DNA of 62,070 nt, filler included, from Rhabdomonas costata (lineage: Eukaryota): NCBI GenBank assembly GCA_019059605.1. It is 29 parts of 29 records of this genome, joined end to end, with 100 filler letters (N's around TTAATTAATTAA, not from the genome) between each part and the next. Parts side by side here need not be neighbours in the genome. Positions count along the whole stretch, not along the records: positions 25,729 to 27,773 come from JAHMHO010006133.1; positions 27,874 to 29,918 come from JAHMHO010006134.1; positions 30,019 to 32,062 come from JAHMHO010006135.1; positions 32,163 to 34,208 come from JAHMHO010006136.1; positions 34,309 to 36,352 come from JAHMHO010006137.1; positions 36,453 to 38,494 come from JAHMHO010006138.1; 23 more parts are not named here. The stretch is one strand, 5' to 3'. Positions 25,729-38,594 of the stretch are shown one piece after another (position 1 is the stretch's first letter; each line of letters opens with the position of its first letter). The notes beneath the pieces are model-generated. The model saw nothing but the letters and a program-made list of their open reading frames with translations, had not been told where the DNA came from and made no database searches. Position numbers and translations under genes: made by a program.

Positions 25729-27668
25729 GGGGGTTGGTAATCTGAGGTGCATCCACCATGGCCCCGACCGTCGCAGTGTGGGAAGGACGCACAACGAGCA
25801 GGGGAGGAGGTGTCTTCACAAAGTCAGTTGCCATGGGAAAGGGCTCGGATGCCAACCCCAACCCTGGGGGAAGAACGGGAACACCGGGAGTCAAGGAGGC
25901 CTCGTCTTTCACGGCAGGCACGCAACCGTACAGAAGGCTGCGGGTCTGGAACCGCGGCACACCGGCCCAAGCAGAGGGGAAGCTCAGGGCGTCGCCCTTC
26001 CCAAGTTCTGGCTGCTTCAGCCCCGCGCTGGGATCAAGGAAGACCCCACCCTTGCCCATCGGGCTTCCAATCCCAATGCTGACATCTCCGGGCAAAGGTA
26101 CAACCTCTCCCATCACCACGGGCTCGGGGTCCGGGCGGGGCCCCACCCCTCCGGCACCCATCGGGGCGAGGTAGAACAGCGCTGACACAATTCCCCTGCA
26201 CACCACCACCGCGGTGAGGCTGACCAGGGCCTTCGCCCACCATTGCAGCACCACCGGGTCTGCGTCCGAGCGCTGCAGGGCGAGGTTTACCATTAAGCAC
26301 ACAAGGAAGGTTACTAGCGCCAGGGTGGCCGTCCGCCCCAGATACGCCGGGCGGAGAATTGCGGAGAGCATCAGGTGATGGGTCTTGGCGTGCCACCACA
26401 GCAGGGGCCCAGCAGGGCTGCGGAAGTGGGCTGTCCATGGCGGGGCTGTTGCGCAGCTCATGTCATCGTCCTCGTCCACCTCAGGGGTTTTGCCCAAGCT
26501 CAGTTTGCTCCGGCGGAAGAACACCAGCATCAGCAAGCCATAGACCCCCCACACCGCAATTAGGGTCGCCCAGAACTTCAGCACGCACGGCGGGGGCAAC
26601 ACCGGAGGGGGAGGGATGCCGTAGCCCACCACGAATGAAGTCAGGTGGGCCACCTCACAGCTCACTTCGCTTTGATTGCTTCTGTGGGTCACACCTCCAC
26701 GGTAGGCCACCCCGGCCGTGCTAATCACTCCTCGGGGGTGGTCGAAATAGCCACAGGACACAGGCCGCGAGAAGTTCACGGGCACTGGGGTCGTGATGTT
26801 GATCGTCGAGCCCAGCGGGAGGGCGGAGACATTCTTGCGCTCCCGACCGTCGAAGAAGAACACCTGGGCAATCGGGGCGCACAGGGCGTAGCGGTTGCGC
26901 GCCAGGGAGGCCAGCCCCATGCTTACTGAGGAGCTGTGGTTTGCCCCAAGGGCAGTGCCGGCCCATCCCGAGGGCAGGCCAATGTCCACGGAGGAGCCCG
27001 GCAGGCTCAGCGACAGAGGAGCGTGGGCTGGGGCGCTGATCCGGAAGCCGCACGCCTGCACCAGACTCAGTGCGGCGCACCACTCGTCGCCCACCACGGA
27101 GTTCAGCATCACCGCAATGGCAATGCTTTCCTAGGTGCGCAGAGGTGAAGGTGTTGTCTCCACACTAAATGATACAAAGGTCTTTCAAGCGCGAGGATTG
27201 CGTGCATGTGCCTTCCTGCGTGAAAAGGAGGCGAGGCGCCCATTAAAGCAGGCATCAGCTTACGAGGTCACCGTACACGAAAGAAGCAGTTCACCTTCCA
27301 CACATTGCTCCAGGAAGCAATCGCGCAAATCAACACATGAGTGCCCCTCCTCAGTTGTATACAACGTGTCGCACTGTTACAAGCATGTCTGTTCATCCAA
27401 TGCGAGTGTAAGCAGAGGTCCACACCCACCCATACACACTGCACATGCGAGACATTGGAGTTCTAACATGTATGCGCACGCGTGCACAGACATATAAACT
27501 CGCGCACCACAATTTCTTCGAGCTGGACTTGCACCACATTCCGTGCGGATTGGCCGTCATAGATCACCGAGATCTCTGTGGCGTTGCACTCCGGCGCAAT
27601 TATCAACCCTGACTGCACCACCGACAGCAGGCTGGTCGCGGAGTACGGGCTCACTGGTTGCCCCGTGC
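25729..27668 (-). CDS. GPS/GAIN-motif, polycystin(PKD/REJ)-like multi-pass membrane protein fragment
   Basis: CGYFD...SCEVAHLTSFVV GPS motif followed by a TM helix, a KTHHLMLS motif and further TMs. Open exon of >450 codons plus an upstream exon. Confidence 0.8.
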
Positions 27669-27873
27669 CTGTCAAGAACAAGCACGTATGAAACACGTGG
27701 CTCCACGGAAACCTGTTTTCTTTTCTTCCATCCTGAAAACTTCGCACTTTTTCCGGGGGTTCAAAACACAACANNNNNNNNNNNNNNNNNNNNNNNNNNN
27801 NNNNNNNNNNNNNNNNNTTAATTAATTAANNNNNNNNNNNNNNNNNNNNNNNNNNNNNNNNNNNNNNNNNNNN

Positions 27874-28957
27874 GGTTGGGTGGCGTTGGGCCCCATGCAG
27901 TACCGCAGCGGTGACAAAAGCCTCGGAGTGCCACTGAAAGCAAAAGAAAAAAAAGCAAGCTGGGATACCACAGAGATCTTCCAAAAAGTCGAATAGCTGG
28001 CCATTGCCATTAAGAATCTTCCGATCTTCCCAAACGCAGAAGCGACCACTGCAGAAACATGCCTGACATTGCCCACTAAAACCCCCTCGTAGCCGGCAGG
28101 GCTCAGCTCCACGTTCGTGCGGTTCAGCGCGGTGATCAGCGTCGGCAGGTCCATCGCACCCATCTCGCACATCGTCGTGAAGGTGAAGGCCAGCACACGG
28201 GCACGCGACAGCGCCCGGTCCTTCGCCACCGAAAGGAACAGGCTGTCCGAGAACATCGCAGCGATTCGGGTCGCGCTGAGGGCCCGCTTCGTGCTGGTCT
28301 CCACGTTGGCGTCGTAGCCCACACCCTGCACCACCTCGGCCATCATCTGCGCCGTGTTGAGCTGGTTAGTCAGCTGCAAAGGCAGAAGCACACGCTCGCA
28401 GGCGATGCAGAGGGTGATCCCAGCCTTGGGTTGGGAGTGAGCCCTATGAAATCATTGTTCCGCAAGAAAAGGGCTTGGGAGAGGGGCACGCTCTTGCCCG
28501 ATTGACAGCCTGTGGTTTGAATCAGACGTGATGGAACGCTGTTAAACCCCAAGATGAAAAACACAAAACTCACATCTGTGATGAAAAATACAAAGCTCGC
28601 ATTGAAAAACTTCAGGTTTCGAGCCCTGGGCACCAATACACAAGACGGGGAGACATTTCTTTGCGGTCATAAACGGAACCGGAAAAATGATGTGTACACA
28701 CGGCAGTGACGGTGGGCACAATAGGCCATGCTTGCGAGCTCACACACCGCTTGGGTGCGGGCTTGAGTCACCGTGAAGGCCTCCACCGCGTGCAGCACCA
28801 TCCCAACCTCCTGCTGGATGTCCGCCTGCCGCTGGTTGATGGAGCTGCTGTACGACAGCCCAATCCCGGTCCCCACCACCGCCAGCGTCATCACCAGCGA
28901 CAACGCCACCACGATGAGGATCAGCCGTGTGGTGGGCTTCATCTTAGCATGGTAGAC
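27874..28957 (-). CDS. Receptor-type membrane protein N-terminus resembling euglenid receptor adenylate/guanylate cyclase ectodomains
   Basis: N-terminal TM (RLILIVVALSLVMTLAVVGTGIGLSY), a helical region KDRALSRARVLAFTF...LNRTN...VLVG, then RLLSPLRYC. Family resemblance is from memory and no catalytic domain is in the contig. Confidence 0.55.
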
Positions 28958-30409
28958 CTATTTTGAATTCCAAGGCGCTTTTGTGTATCAGATTTCCAGC
29001 AACTCCCCCACCCACAGCATACTTGCAGCAACAGCAGGCACAGCAATCTGGCGACACGGGTGGTGGAACATAAAAAAGCAGAAAGCTGCAAATACGAAGG
29101 CAACTAATTTTGCAAGAAGAATGAGAAGAAAGGCGCTTTGCAAGAAAAGGGCGTCACCAACCCAAGAAAAAAAAACGAGTTTTCCGGATTTATTCCGGTA
29201 GATACCACATTCAAGCGATGGATCAATTTTATGGTGGACAAAAGGCATGGCGGCAGCCTTCCAGCACAGGTGGAGCAGACAGCAGGGAAACCTGATCAAA
29301 GAGGATCCGCCGAAGCCTGAGGAGGCCCACTCAAGGCAAGCTCGAATCGGCGATTAGACAAATATTGTGACAGCCATGTGACTGCCAACTAACGTGGCAT
29401 AAGCAAAGCGAGCAACCAGAAGACGACAACGCCACAGGGCGGTACTCACACCTCTGTGGCCCTTTGCTGGCCAGGGCGGAGCCGATCCACGACGCTTTGG
29501 AGGACCCGGAGGGCAGCAGGCACCCAGCCATATAAGTTTCGCTTTTTTTTCTGCACCAAAACGGGGATAGAGTATGCAGGCAGGGGAGGGGACATGCCCA
29601 TTCATGAGTGGAGACAAGCTAACAACGACCTGTGCCATACCCCGTTCAAAAAGCAAAGCCAATGATGATTCCGCCTACGTCTGTTACATTTTAGTTTTGC
29701 ACCCACCCCACACGAAGCGATGCGAGTGCTCGGGGTAATGGTGTGCGGTAGCCCTTGACAGAGCAATGTTTTGGTTTACCCTCTGGCATGCGGCCAAAGA
29801 TTTGGTGGTGGGCACAGCAGCGAGGCACACCTCTCTCCTTGGAGGCTCCGCGGAAGAGCATGGCGGGGAGGTCGAGGGCGCCAAGGCCTTGAAGACCTCA
29901 CGGCAGAGGTGTACCCTCNNNNNNNNNNNNNNNNNNNNNNNNNNNNNNNNNNNNNNNNNNNNTTAATTAATTAANNNNNNNNNNNNNNNNNNNNNNNNNN
30001 NNNNNNNNNNNNNNNNNNGGGTTGTGGCCGCGCTTAGCGCACCCAATGGCACGCCGCCATCCGCGCAAACAGGAACCGTGTACTTCAGACTTGCGAAACC
30101 GGGGGGAGCACGAAAGTAAGCTACGCGCCGCAAGACGTTAGTAACGTTACGCAAGACGTTAGTGTTTCAAGGCAAAAATCGGTGGGTATTCAAAACGATT
30201 GATTGGCTGTTGGTTCTGGAAATAGAATGGGACTTTGCCAAGGGCGGGGTGTGAACGCAAACTTTCAGCGTGGGTCCTGTAAGAAGCACGGAGGGTACTT
30301 GGACAATATCCAAAGGTATTGAAACCCAGCTACTCGTCACGAATGGAAAGATCATGGAAAACAGAAAGGTAACAATAAACGATAAATATGCCAAAACGAG
30401 AACGGCTAC

Positions 30410-31950
30410 TCAGCTGCTTTCAGGTGCCTCCCGCGGGGTGGTCTGCATGGTGTCAAGAATCACTCTGGCCTGAAGCACCCCAGAGACTTTCCTGCCATTG
30501 ACGTCCACCAGAACGGCCTTCTTCTCCTCAAACCCGAACGAGCCCGAGGTAAAGTTGCGGCGTTGCAGCTTCAGCGGGGCACCTCACAGCGAAGCAAAGG
30601 ACGTGCGACAGAATGGAAAACGAAGTGCGAGAAATAACGAGCCAAAAAAGCGTTAGAGAAGAAAAGTCATCCCAGATTCAATCAAGCATTCCAACGAAGA
30701 TGGAATAAGTCAACCTGAGCACTTGCCTGATGCACGTACGGCGTCCGCGTCGTATATATAGCTGCAACGTTTTCAAACCGAAAGTATACTAACACAAGGG
30801 AGTTGTTAGCTAGATACGCCAAACCTCCTAAAACACTGCGGAGCTGATCCTTTCTCTCTCAGCTGGTGTCTTTGATCCTTTGCGACACGTCTTTCTATAT
30901 CGTTGATGACCAATCTATATCGTGTGTACGTGTTAATGAAGCTATTGACAAAAAGCGAAAAGCTGATCCACACACCCAAAAATCCCCAACCCAAGAAGAA
31001 AAAGCACTCTATACCTCCGACGCGGCCCTCCAAGGGGTGGGAGTCCTTCCAGAAGGCTGTTTTGCTGATGGAGTGCTGCGAGGCTCGCGTTGCTGCGTAC
31101 CACAGAACGAGCATCGCATCTCGTTTCTATCAAAAAGAACTTTATAGCAGGTATACAAAACCTCTTGGCTCTCATCATAATGAGAGTGGCGCCAGTTTGC
31201 TGCGTGGCAAAGTAAACCGAATTAGTGGCATTCTTAGAAAACCAGAGCTGACATTTTGGGTCCGAAGCATGTCTCACTTTTTTCGGTGCCACCCCAGCAC
31301 CCAGCACTTCATAAGCTGAGGGCTTGAGACTCATCCGCTCCGGTGCATTCCGAACATGGGAGGTTAATGGTTCATGGGACCCCAAGGTATAACTGGCTTT
31401 GCACTGAGAGCATACTGCGGCGCGACCGAAGCTCCAGGGGCTCGGCGGTGGGGCTAGCGCGGCCCGTCCGGATGTACCCGAGCGACCGCAGCTCTCGGCC
31501 GCGGGAGCCCTCACGGCCCTTGCTGCGGGAACGCCCACTGCGTTGGCTCAGCGGGGTCTCTCTTCTGAAACCCAAAAGGGAGAGGCGAGTGCAGGGAAAC
31601 ACATCCTTCGAATCCTCCGGCTGCCACATCACGGATGAAAAGGTGACAAAAACTGCCCAACCAAAATTTGGCGGTTGAGTAAAGTCAGTTGCGAAAACAG
31701 GATAGATGACTACGAAAAGGAAAAAATACAAAAAAAGGTGGGGAGCAACAAAACGGACGAGTGGGGGAGGGATGAGGGGCGTACCCCGATGCCACGGAGG
31801 GGGACTGCGAGAGGCGATCCCAGCCATGGCTCAACACGCTGCGCACAGAAGGGGAGCGGGGCTGAGACAGTGGTAGGCTGTCCCCCAGCGGGGGCCCGAC
31901 CTCAAAGGGCCCCGTCTCCGTTACCCCGGAGAAGCCCAGAGGGCGGGAGC
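30410..31950 (-). CDS. Low-complexity protein ending in a small beta domain (ISKTAFWKDSHPLEGRVGGAPLKLQRRNFTSGSFGFEEKKAVLVDVNGRKV...)
   Basis: Four phase-consistent GT-AG exons. TGA at 30412-30410 is followed by T-rich, UTR-like sequence. Confidence 0.65.
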
Positions 31951-32405
31951 CTGTCCCCAAAATACACCGCAAAGAAAGAAGAGGGCATCTCTTTTTGCGC
32001 TTAGCCACACTCGCACTCTCCCTTCTTGCCCACAAACAGTGGAGAAGGCCGAGAGGAGAAAGNNNNNNNNNNNNNNNNNNNNNNNNNNNNNNNNNNNNNN
32101 NNNNNNTTAATTAATTAANNNNNNNNNNNNNNNNNNNNNNNNNNNNNNNNNNNNNNNNNNNNCTAACCTGTTTTCCTTCTTTCCAGTCCTGCACTCCTCC
32201 ACCGCTGCAAGTGGGCTTTTTGTCAAACAGGTCGCCATTCCAGTGGCTGCGTGGTATTCTTGTCATTGTGTTTGGGTGGTTTATTCAAATGAAAGGATAA
32301 AAGGGAGGGCACTGGTGTAAGGCCTGACTTGAGAGAGGAGAGGAGGTGAACAGGGCAGGACTGAGCGGTTCCAAACAGAAGATGCACGTCCAAAAAAAAG
32401 TACAC

Positions 32406-33990
32406 CGCTCTTCAGAGGCTTCGAATTCCGCTTCGATGTGACGCAGCCTCGCTTGAAGGATGGGTTCACAACGGACGGCAATCTCGGTTGAACTGCAATG
32501 TTGCATCCATCTGAGGCAACAACGAACATCAAAACTGAGCACAAAAAAGGTGTCAGGAAAACGTCTGTCGGGGGGGGGTGATTGCGGGGAGTTTTCGTGG
32601 TCATCCGAACCAAAAGCGACGCATGAAGGGGATTTCGAGTGGTCTACCAGCATAGTTTTGTACCTCGCCGTTAAATCGTTTGAAGACAGTTAAATCGTTT
32701 AGCATCCCCTAACTCAAACCACACCAGGACACGAATGACAAGTCAAGGAAGACGGAACCTGCAAAGAAGCCTGTACTTCTTCTGGGGCAGCTTTGAGAGT
32801 TGTTCGGTGTAGTAGTTGAGCAACGTGGCCAACGCAAACTGAACCGTATTTTTGGGCTCTCCACTCAAAGCAACCTGCCCACACACCCGGCCACATGTTC
32901 GCCGAAGGATGACGTCACAAATCTGACCAAACCAATGACAGAAATGGGGCCGACCTCCTTCATGAGTTGCTCCGCTGGGCACATCAACGGAGCGGGTTCC
33001 GGGGCGACGGAAAGGCGACGCAGAATTTGCTGGCGCTGGTCGCGAAATTCGCGGGCGTCCCGGACCTTCGCCATGAAGGGGAGAACCACTGAGGAGATGA
33101 CCCAAACCAAATGAAGAATCAAACCAGTGTGAAAGTGTGAAGTAATAGCAATATATATATATAGCTATGCAATATATATATAGCTATATATATAGCTATG
33201 CAATGCTATATATATAGCAATGCAATGAAAACGTTTACTACGATATGAAGACAACACGCTCCCTGTCCCTGGTTATAGACTAAGGTGTTTAATATAACAT
33301 TTAAAAAGATAGTGGTAAACACTATCAACAATTTGTGTGTCTATCGTCTTTCTGAAAAAGACTATAGTAACAAAAAAAAATGTTGAAGAAATAGCTTACT
33401 ATCGTCTTTTTTTTGATAGCGTTCACCATCGCCTTTCTTCTGGAATTCCAATTTAGACACTCTTTCCATCTAATTTTAATAAAATGTTGACTTGATAGTA
33501 GCGCAAACTGTTGAGAGAATTTACGGCAACAGTCAAACAGCAATTGTTCACTTTGCAATGTTCACCACGCAAAAGAAAACAGTGACAACCGAAAGTAGTC
33601 TTTTGAAAGGTTATAGGAAACACTAATGTCTTATTGACTTCACTATCACCAGGGGGGGGGGGCAGACCAAGGCCAAGAAAAAAGCAGACAGCATACCCTC
33701 TCCTGCTTCCCCAGCCTTTGTGTACACAGATTTCCGACTCTGAAGCATTTCTTCAATTTTCTTGACGTGCTTTTCGAGCTCGAATTCCGCAAATCTGAAA
33801 TTTTTTTGGACAAAGTATCGACAAGGAAAAAAGAGGAAAAAAAACAAAGATTGCTCACACAGTCGCACCGCTCCTCCAAAGAAATGTTGCGATCATTGAT
33901 GTCCTGAAACGCGAGGAACTTGGGAAAGTCTGCACGGTATTTCTTGAGGAGTTCAATTTCATCACCATCCTTGCCGTCGGTTTCTTCCAT
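32406..33990 (-). CDS. CCDC162/DUF4549-like coiled-coil protein, 5' exons
   Basis: Five spliced exons: MEETD...|RFAEFELEKHVKKIEE...|VRDAREFRDQRQQILRRLSVAPEPAPLMCPAEQLMKE|...YYTEQLSKLPQKKYRLLCR|WMQHCSS...LQARL. Confidence 0.65.
33150..33225. repeat. AT-rich quasi-palindromic microsatellite (ATATATATAGCTATGCA units), intronic
   Basis: Directly visible tandem units. Confidence 0.85.
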
Positions 33991-34566
33991 TGTCCGAAAG
34001 AGCAAAACGAATAGATACAAACAAAACAGCAAGTCTGGAAATCAAAACGACCATGACACCAGGGTGCGAGCAAAGAGCAAGCATTGTTCGATGCCGCTAG
34101 ACGCCCAATCTCTATTCGTCTCATTAGAATGTGAGTAAGGTAAAAGAGGTGGACTCAGCGAAAACTGATCTCATGCGTGTGCTGGCGGCCTAGTTGGCTC
34201 ATCACACANNNNNNNNNNNNNNNNNNNNNNNNNNNNNNNNNNNNNNNNNNNNTTAATTAATTAANNNNNNNNNNNNNNNNNNNNNNNNNNNNNNNNNNNN
34301 NNNNNNNNTAAGTGGTATCTACCACAGCCGGAACTGTGTTGGAGACATTCTCAATTCCATTGAAGAAGTGGTTGCAGATAGTGTTTCTCTGGGCGGTGAG
34401 GTCCTCCTTTAGCTCTGTTGTTGCAGGTTCGGGTTCCCATTCTTGACGACAGTGGCGTGCCTGTTTTGCTCAAAACGAGAGATGGCAACACAGTGGTAAC
34501 CTAAGGTTCTCTCGCAATAGAAATACATCCTTCAGGCACGAGAAAAGAATAGACCCCACAGTCGAC

Positions 34567-35546
34567 CTTACTGAGCACCAAGCAGTGGCTATCGTGGGCG
34601 TCCCCTTCGCAGTGAGCGTCGGCCATGAGGACGTGGTCTTCAAAGAGCTAACCCGACCATCCATACAAAGCTGAATCAATCCCGTTTGAAAATGAATCAC
34701 TCTTCAACCGTTTGAATAGTGTAATAGTGTATTTAATCTCAAGGCCAATGGTTCCACACCAAATTGCGTCCCTGCTGGGGTAAAGTTAACCACGTGCATG
34801 CAGCCAGTTATGGTGAGAATAATACCTAGTCCGTCGAAAGGAAATCTCTCGTTTAGGATTGCTACCAAATTCCTCGGCCGTTTGACGTGATTCAGTAAGC
34901 GTCGCCTTCAAATCACCGTTTTCCACTGCCCGCTGGCTGCGACGCACTGCTCCACCACAGTGGAAAGCACAGCCACAGATATCCGTTGGGTGTAGAAGTT
35001 GCGCAGCAAGATGGCAAGTTTGCCGATCGCCACAGGGCTGGGCAATTGCATCTCCACGACCCGCGGCTGGGTGCCCGAAACTTCAAACACAGTTGCCTGA
35101 GGGTTGCCAGTAGCCTGAGAGTCACGCCAAACTAGCAATGCATAGCCCACACGAAATTACGCAGCTACTCAACCTGCCATTCTTGCATTCCCAAATTCGC
35201 TGCGCCTGTCCCGTTGATCACCAGGCTGTTCCGTTTGGTCTGCTTTACTTAGAAACGTGTAACTTCATACAATTGAACGCCGTTCAATTGGGCTACAGTA
35301 CCCAAATGACAATGACCCAGCATTACACTGTCAATCCGGAGAAATCAGCATAGTGCTAGGATCAGGGTCTAGGGCTTAGGTCATTTCTTTGAACAGTTCC
35401 GGCGAGGGTGGTCACCATTGATAATGCGGCCTAACAAAGCTGAACACAGGCCAGGTTACTACTGACAAGTAAGACAGGTACCTTGCGAAAGAAAAAATGG
35501 CGCTTACCTCCGGTGACACTGCGCACGGGATAACCCGAAGTGACAT
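34567..35546 (-). CDS. NICN1: Nicolin-1-like protein (tubulin polyglutamylase complex), exons 35546-35508, 35114-34917, 34647-34567
   Basis: MSLRVIPCAVSPE|...LRNFYTQRISV...QWKT|LFEDHVLMADAHCEGDAHD matches nicolin-1 motifs (F.NYYT; LM.D.H.E..A). Confidence 0.8.
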
Positions 35547-37689
35547 AGAAATGCGGAGGCTTAATAAGGTCAGGCGCAGGCTCAGCTGCCTCCGTCCATC
35601 ACTCATACAAGTCAGGTCAAGAGTCTACAGAGACAGAAAGGCACGATTGTGAAGGATGGTGGGCACCCACCAACTACCATGGTTCCACAACTTCGTTCGA
35701 GGGTAAAGTCACTTGACGCTCAAAAAGCAGATTTATTTATTAATGCAATTAATTACATCAATGCAAGCAGCAAAAGCGAACATGCAAACAGTTGAATGCC
35801 GAAGGGCATGCATGCGGGCAGCAGGGACGGACCTGGGTAGAAGCTCCAGCCTTGAGGCGGTGACGGTGAATTATACAGGGATTTATAAACTAAATCGCGA
35901 GTTCAGAAATGGGGATGTATGCTGACGTTTTGCTTCGCTACGCTCATATGGTCATATGGCCACATGTTCACCGTTCATGAAAGGGGTCCTATTGTCCAGC
36001 ATCCGCAAGCAAACATATTCAGACATTTTTCAATCCCTTCCCAATTCACCCTATTCACACAAATCAGTAAGAAAAATGCCCCGAAGACATGATCGTAGGA
36101 GCACCTGTGCACTTGTATCAAAAAACATACAACTCCAAACACACAAAGGAAAATCAACGCAGCAGAAGCTATACAGAGGAAGAAGCCAACAGAACACGCA
36201 CATAAACAGTAAAGTAAGCACGCAACGGCCCTTTTAGCCCTTCTCTACGATTGGAAGGGAGTGATCAGCGGGGATGCAGCAACTCCACAACTCCGCATCG
36301 CTCCCCTGCGGCAAGAACAGACACGTGAGGGGGAGGATGTTGCAACACCACCNNNNNNNNNNNNNNNNNNNNNNNNNNNNNNNNNNNNNNNNNNNNTTAA
36401 TTAATTAANNNNNNNNNNNNNNNNNNNNNNNNNNNNNNNNNNNNNNNNNNNNCGTTTGATGGGGTGGGCGATGCTCCGCACTGCTATACGACCGAATTGG
36501 ACACATTTAGGGGAAATTGTTTCTAGGGAACAAGGGTTAGGTTGGGGAACAGGGGTTAGATAAACTGTATGAACTACCCTTACTGGGTTTATTATAGCCA
36601 ATCCGCGTCATACTTTTAGCTACTCTGTGCAAAAGCAAAGTTAGGGCTTGCAGAAAAGTCGAGTGGTGGATTACCTCTTGAAAGGTTATCATTCCGGGTG
36701 GGCTATTTTCCACACAGACGGGAAGGCCAGACCTGCCTAGGCAAAGTCCAAGAACCACGGGAATGCTTTTTCTTCATCCTTTTCACTTCAGTGGGCAGCC
36801 CGGTGTCGCCGCTCCGGGTGGGATGGGCGGGCGAGCGTGGTAAAGCGAAAGATCGCCGGATCCGGCGATTCAGCTGCTACCGCCTCGGTAACAAAGCAAG
36901 AATCAGTCGCTTTTTCCCCTTCTCCTTATTTTCCTTCTGATCACTTTGTCGCGAGAGATCTCGCACAGTTTGGTGACCCACGCTCTTTTCTCTCAGCATT
37001 GCGACCCGAGAACAAAAAGCAAATGCACTTTTGTCATTCTTCCTTCCACCACGAGTGTGGTTCACTTGAGTTGTTAATGTGCTGAGGCAAAGGTGCGGGA
37101 AGTTCTCATAGGTAGGAAATTCAAGAAAAACGCACTTATGCACCCACGCGGAGCTTTTCCGTCACCTGGGATTGAAGGCAACAAAGTCCACCCATTTGGG
37201 CTCTCACCGTTAGTCGCTGTCCGTCTATCTTACTAAGTCGATTTGGAGGAATATTCACCGTGCTTGCGAGAGAGGTGGCACCCTCGCAGGCTTCGAGTTT
37301 ATGTTTGTCTGTGTGGGGCGGAATGCTTTATAGGCTGCCGGAAATGAATTTGGACGCCAGAGCCCATCCCATTCCAGAACGGTATTTGAGTGCCCTGTTT
37401 CTGGTGATGCCGAAGGGTTTCAGGAATTCCACAATTTTTTGCCGGTCGCGAAAAGGCAGATGATCCCCGTGTATGATTCTCTTTGCTCCACCGTTCGGGT
37501 CGAACTGGGTTCCATCTAGCTTTCCCTCAGCTACTTATCACCTGCAAATGAAATACCTCTGCTTCGCAGGCATCCAATGCTCACACTCTGATCCCTTTCT
37601 TGGCTGCAGCGAATTGTATCGCTATCTTTTGATCTGTTTCTCGTGTGTGTTTTGCAATTAGGGTTTTATCCTCCCCTTTCCGAGCGAGC

Positions 37690-38180
37690 ATGTTCGGGCG
37701 TGGGCATGGCTTCGGTGGGTATGGCATGGGCATGGTGGCTGGGGTATGACCCCTGTTGAGAGGCTGGACGCCGTGGACGGGCGGATGGACGGGCGGTACT
37801 TTGGTGCCCCCATCATCAACAGGAATCAGCCCCATTCCCTCCCGTTTTTTTCCACCACCGGTTCACTTTTGAGAAAAGTGAAAAGTGCACTATGATGATA
37901 CAATAGAGCCCTGTCTGGAGCAAAGAATCTGCGATTTTGTCCGTTTCGATGCGGCGTAACTCCGACGTTTTCTTTGTGAACGAATAATTCTATCCTTTTT
38001 GGTGGCCAATGCGCTTTTTTGTGAATGTGGAACAAACACCGCTGCAGCTTGCATCCACGCCGCAGACCTCTGCATTTTATTCGACAATTATTTTTTTTCT
38101 GCAACCAGGAACCCGATTGCCCACATGTTGGACGCCGTGGACGGGCGCATTGACGGTCGCTTTTTCGGCACTCCCATTGG
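37690..38180 (+). CDS. Small protein with LDAVDGxxDGR(Y/F)FG repeats
   Basis: MFGRGHGFGGYGMGHGGWGMTPVERLDAVDGRMDGRYFGAPIIN...|NPIAHMLDAVDGRIDGRFFGTPIG, one repeat per exon. Confidence 0.8.
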
Positions 38181-38594
38181 GTATTGTGTTGGGAGTTTTC
38201 TTAGCTAACGCCAACCCCAGAAAAACCTCGAAAAACATCAGTCGTCGAAGAACGCCTTTTCGTCATGTGGCATTGGCTTCCCCTCCACCGTCCACCCGCA
38301 AACCCCGCTCCCTGCCCGAGCAAGATATTTCGAGCTTGTTAGACCACTGTACAAGCAAAAACAAACAAACAGTTCTCCACGAGCTCCGTCCAGAATTCGT
38401 TTCTATCGAATTTAGGCACGCTGAGTGCAAACCGGACCAGTGCTTCTCACTTGGTCAGTGCCTCTTTTCAAGGATTCGAATCCCCCCCCCCCCANNNNNN
38501 NNNNNNNNNNNNNNNNNNNNNNNNNNNNNNNNNNNNNNTTAATTAATTAANNNNNNNNNNNNNNNNNNNNNNNNNNNNNNNNNNNNNNNNNNNN

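Noticed and set aside
33991-34025. TCTATT...TTTCG just upstream of an ATG, resembling a euglenid spliced-leader 3' end
   Set aside because: The match is short and gapped, and a pyrimidine-rich 5' UTR explains it equally well.
34908-34910. Apparent premature TGA in the nicolin-1 ORF
   Set aside because: It lies inside an intron (ACG|GTGATTTGA), so it is not evidence of recoding.
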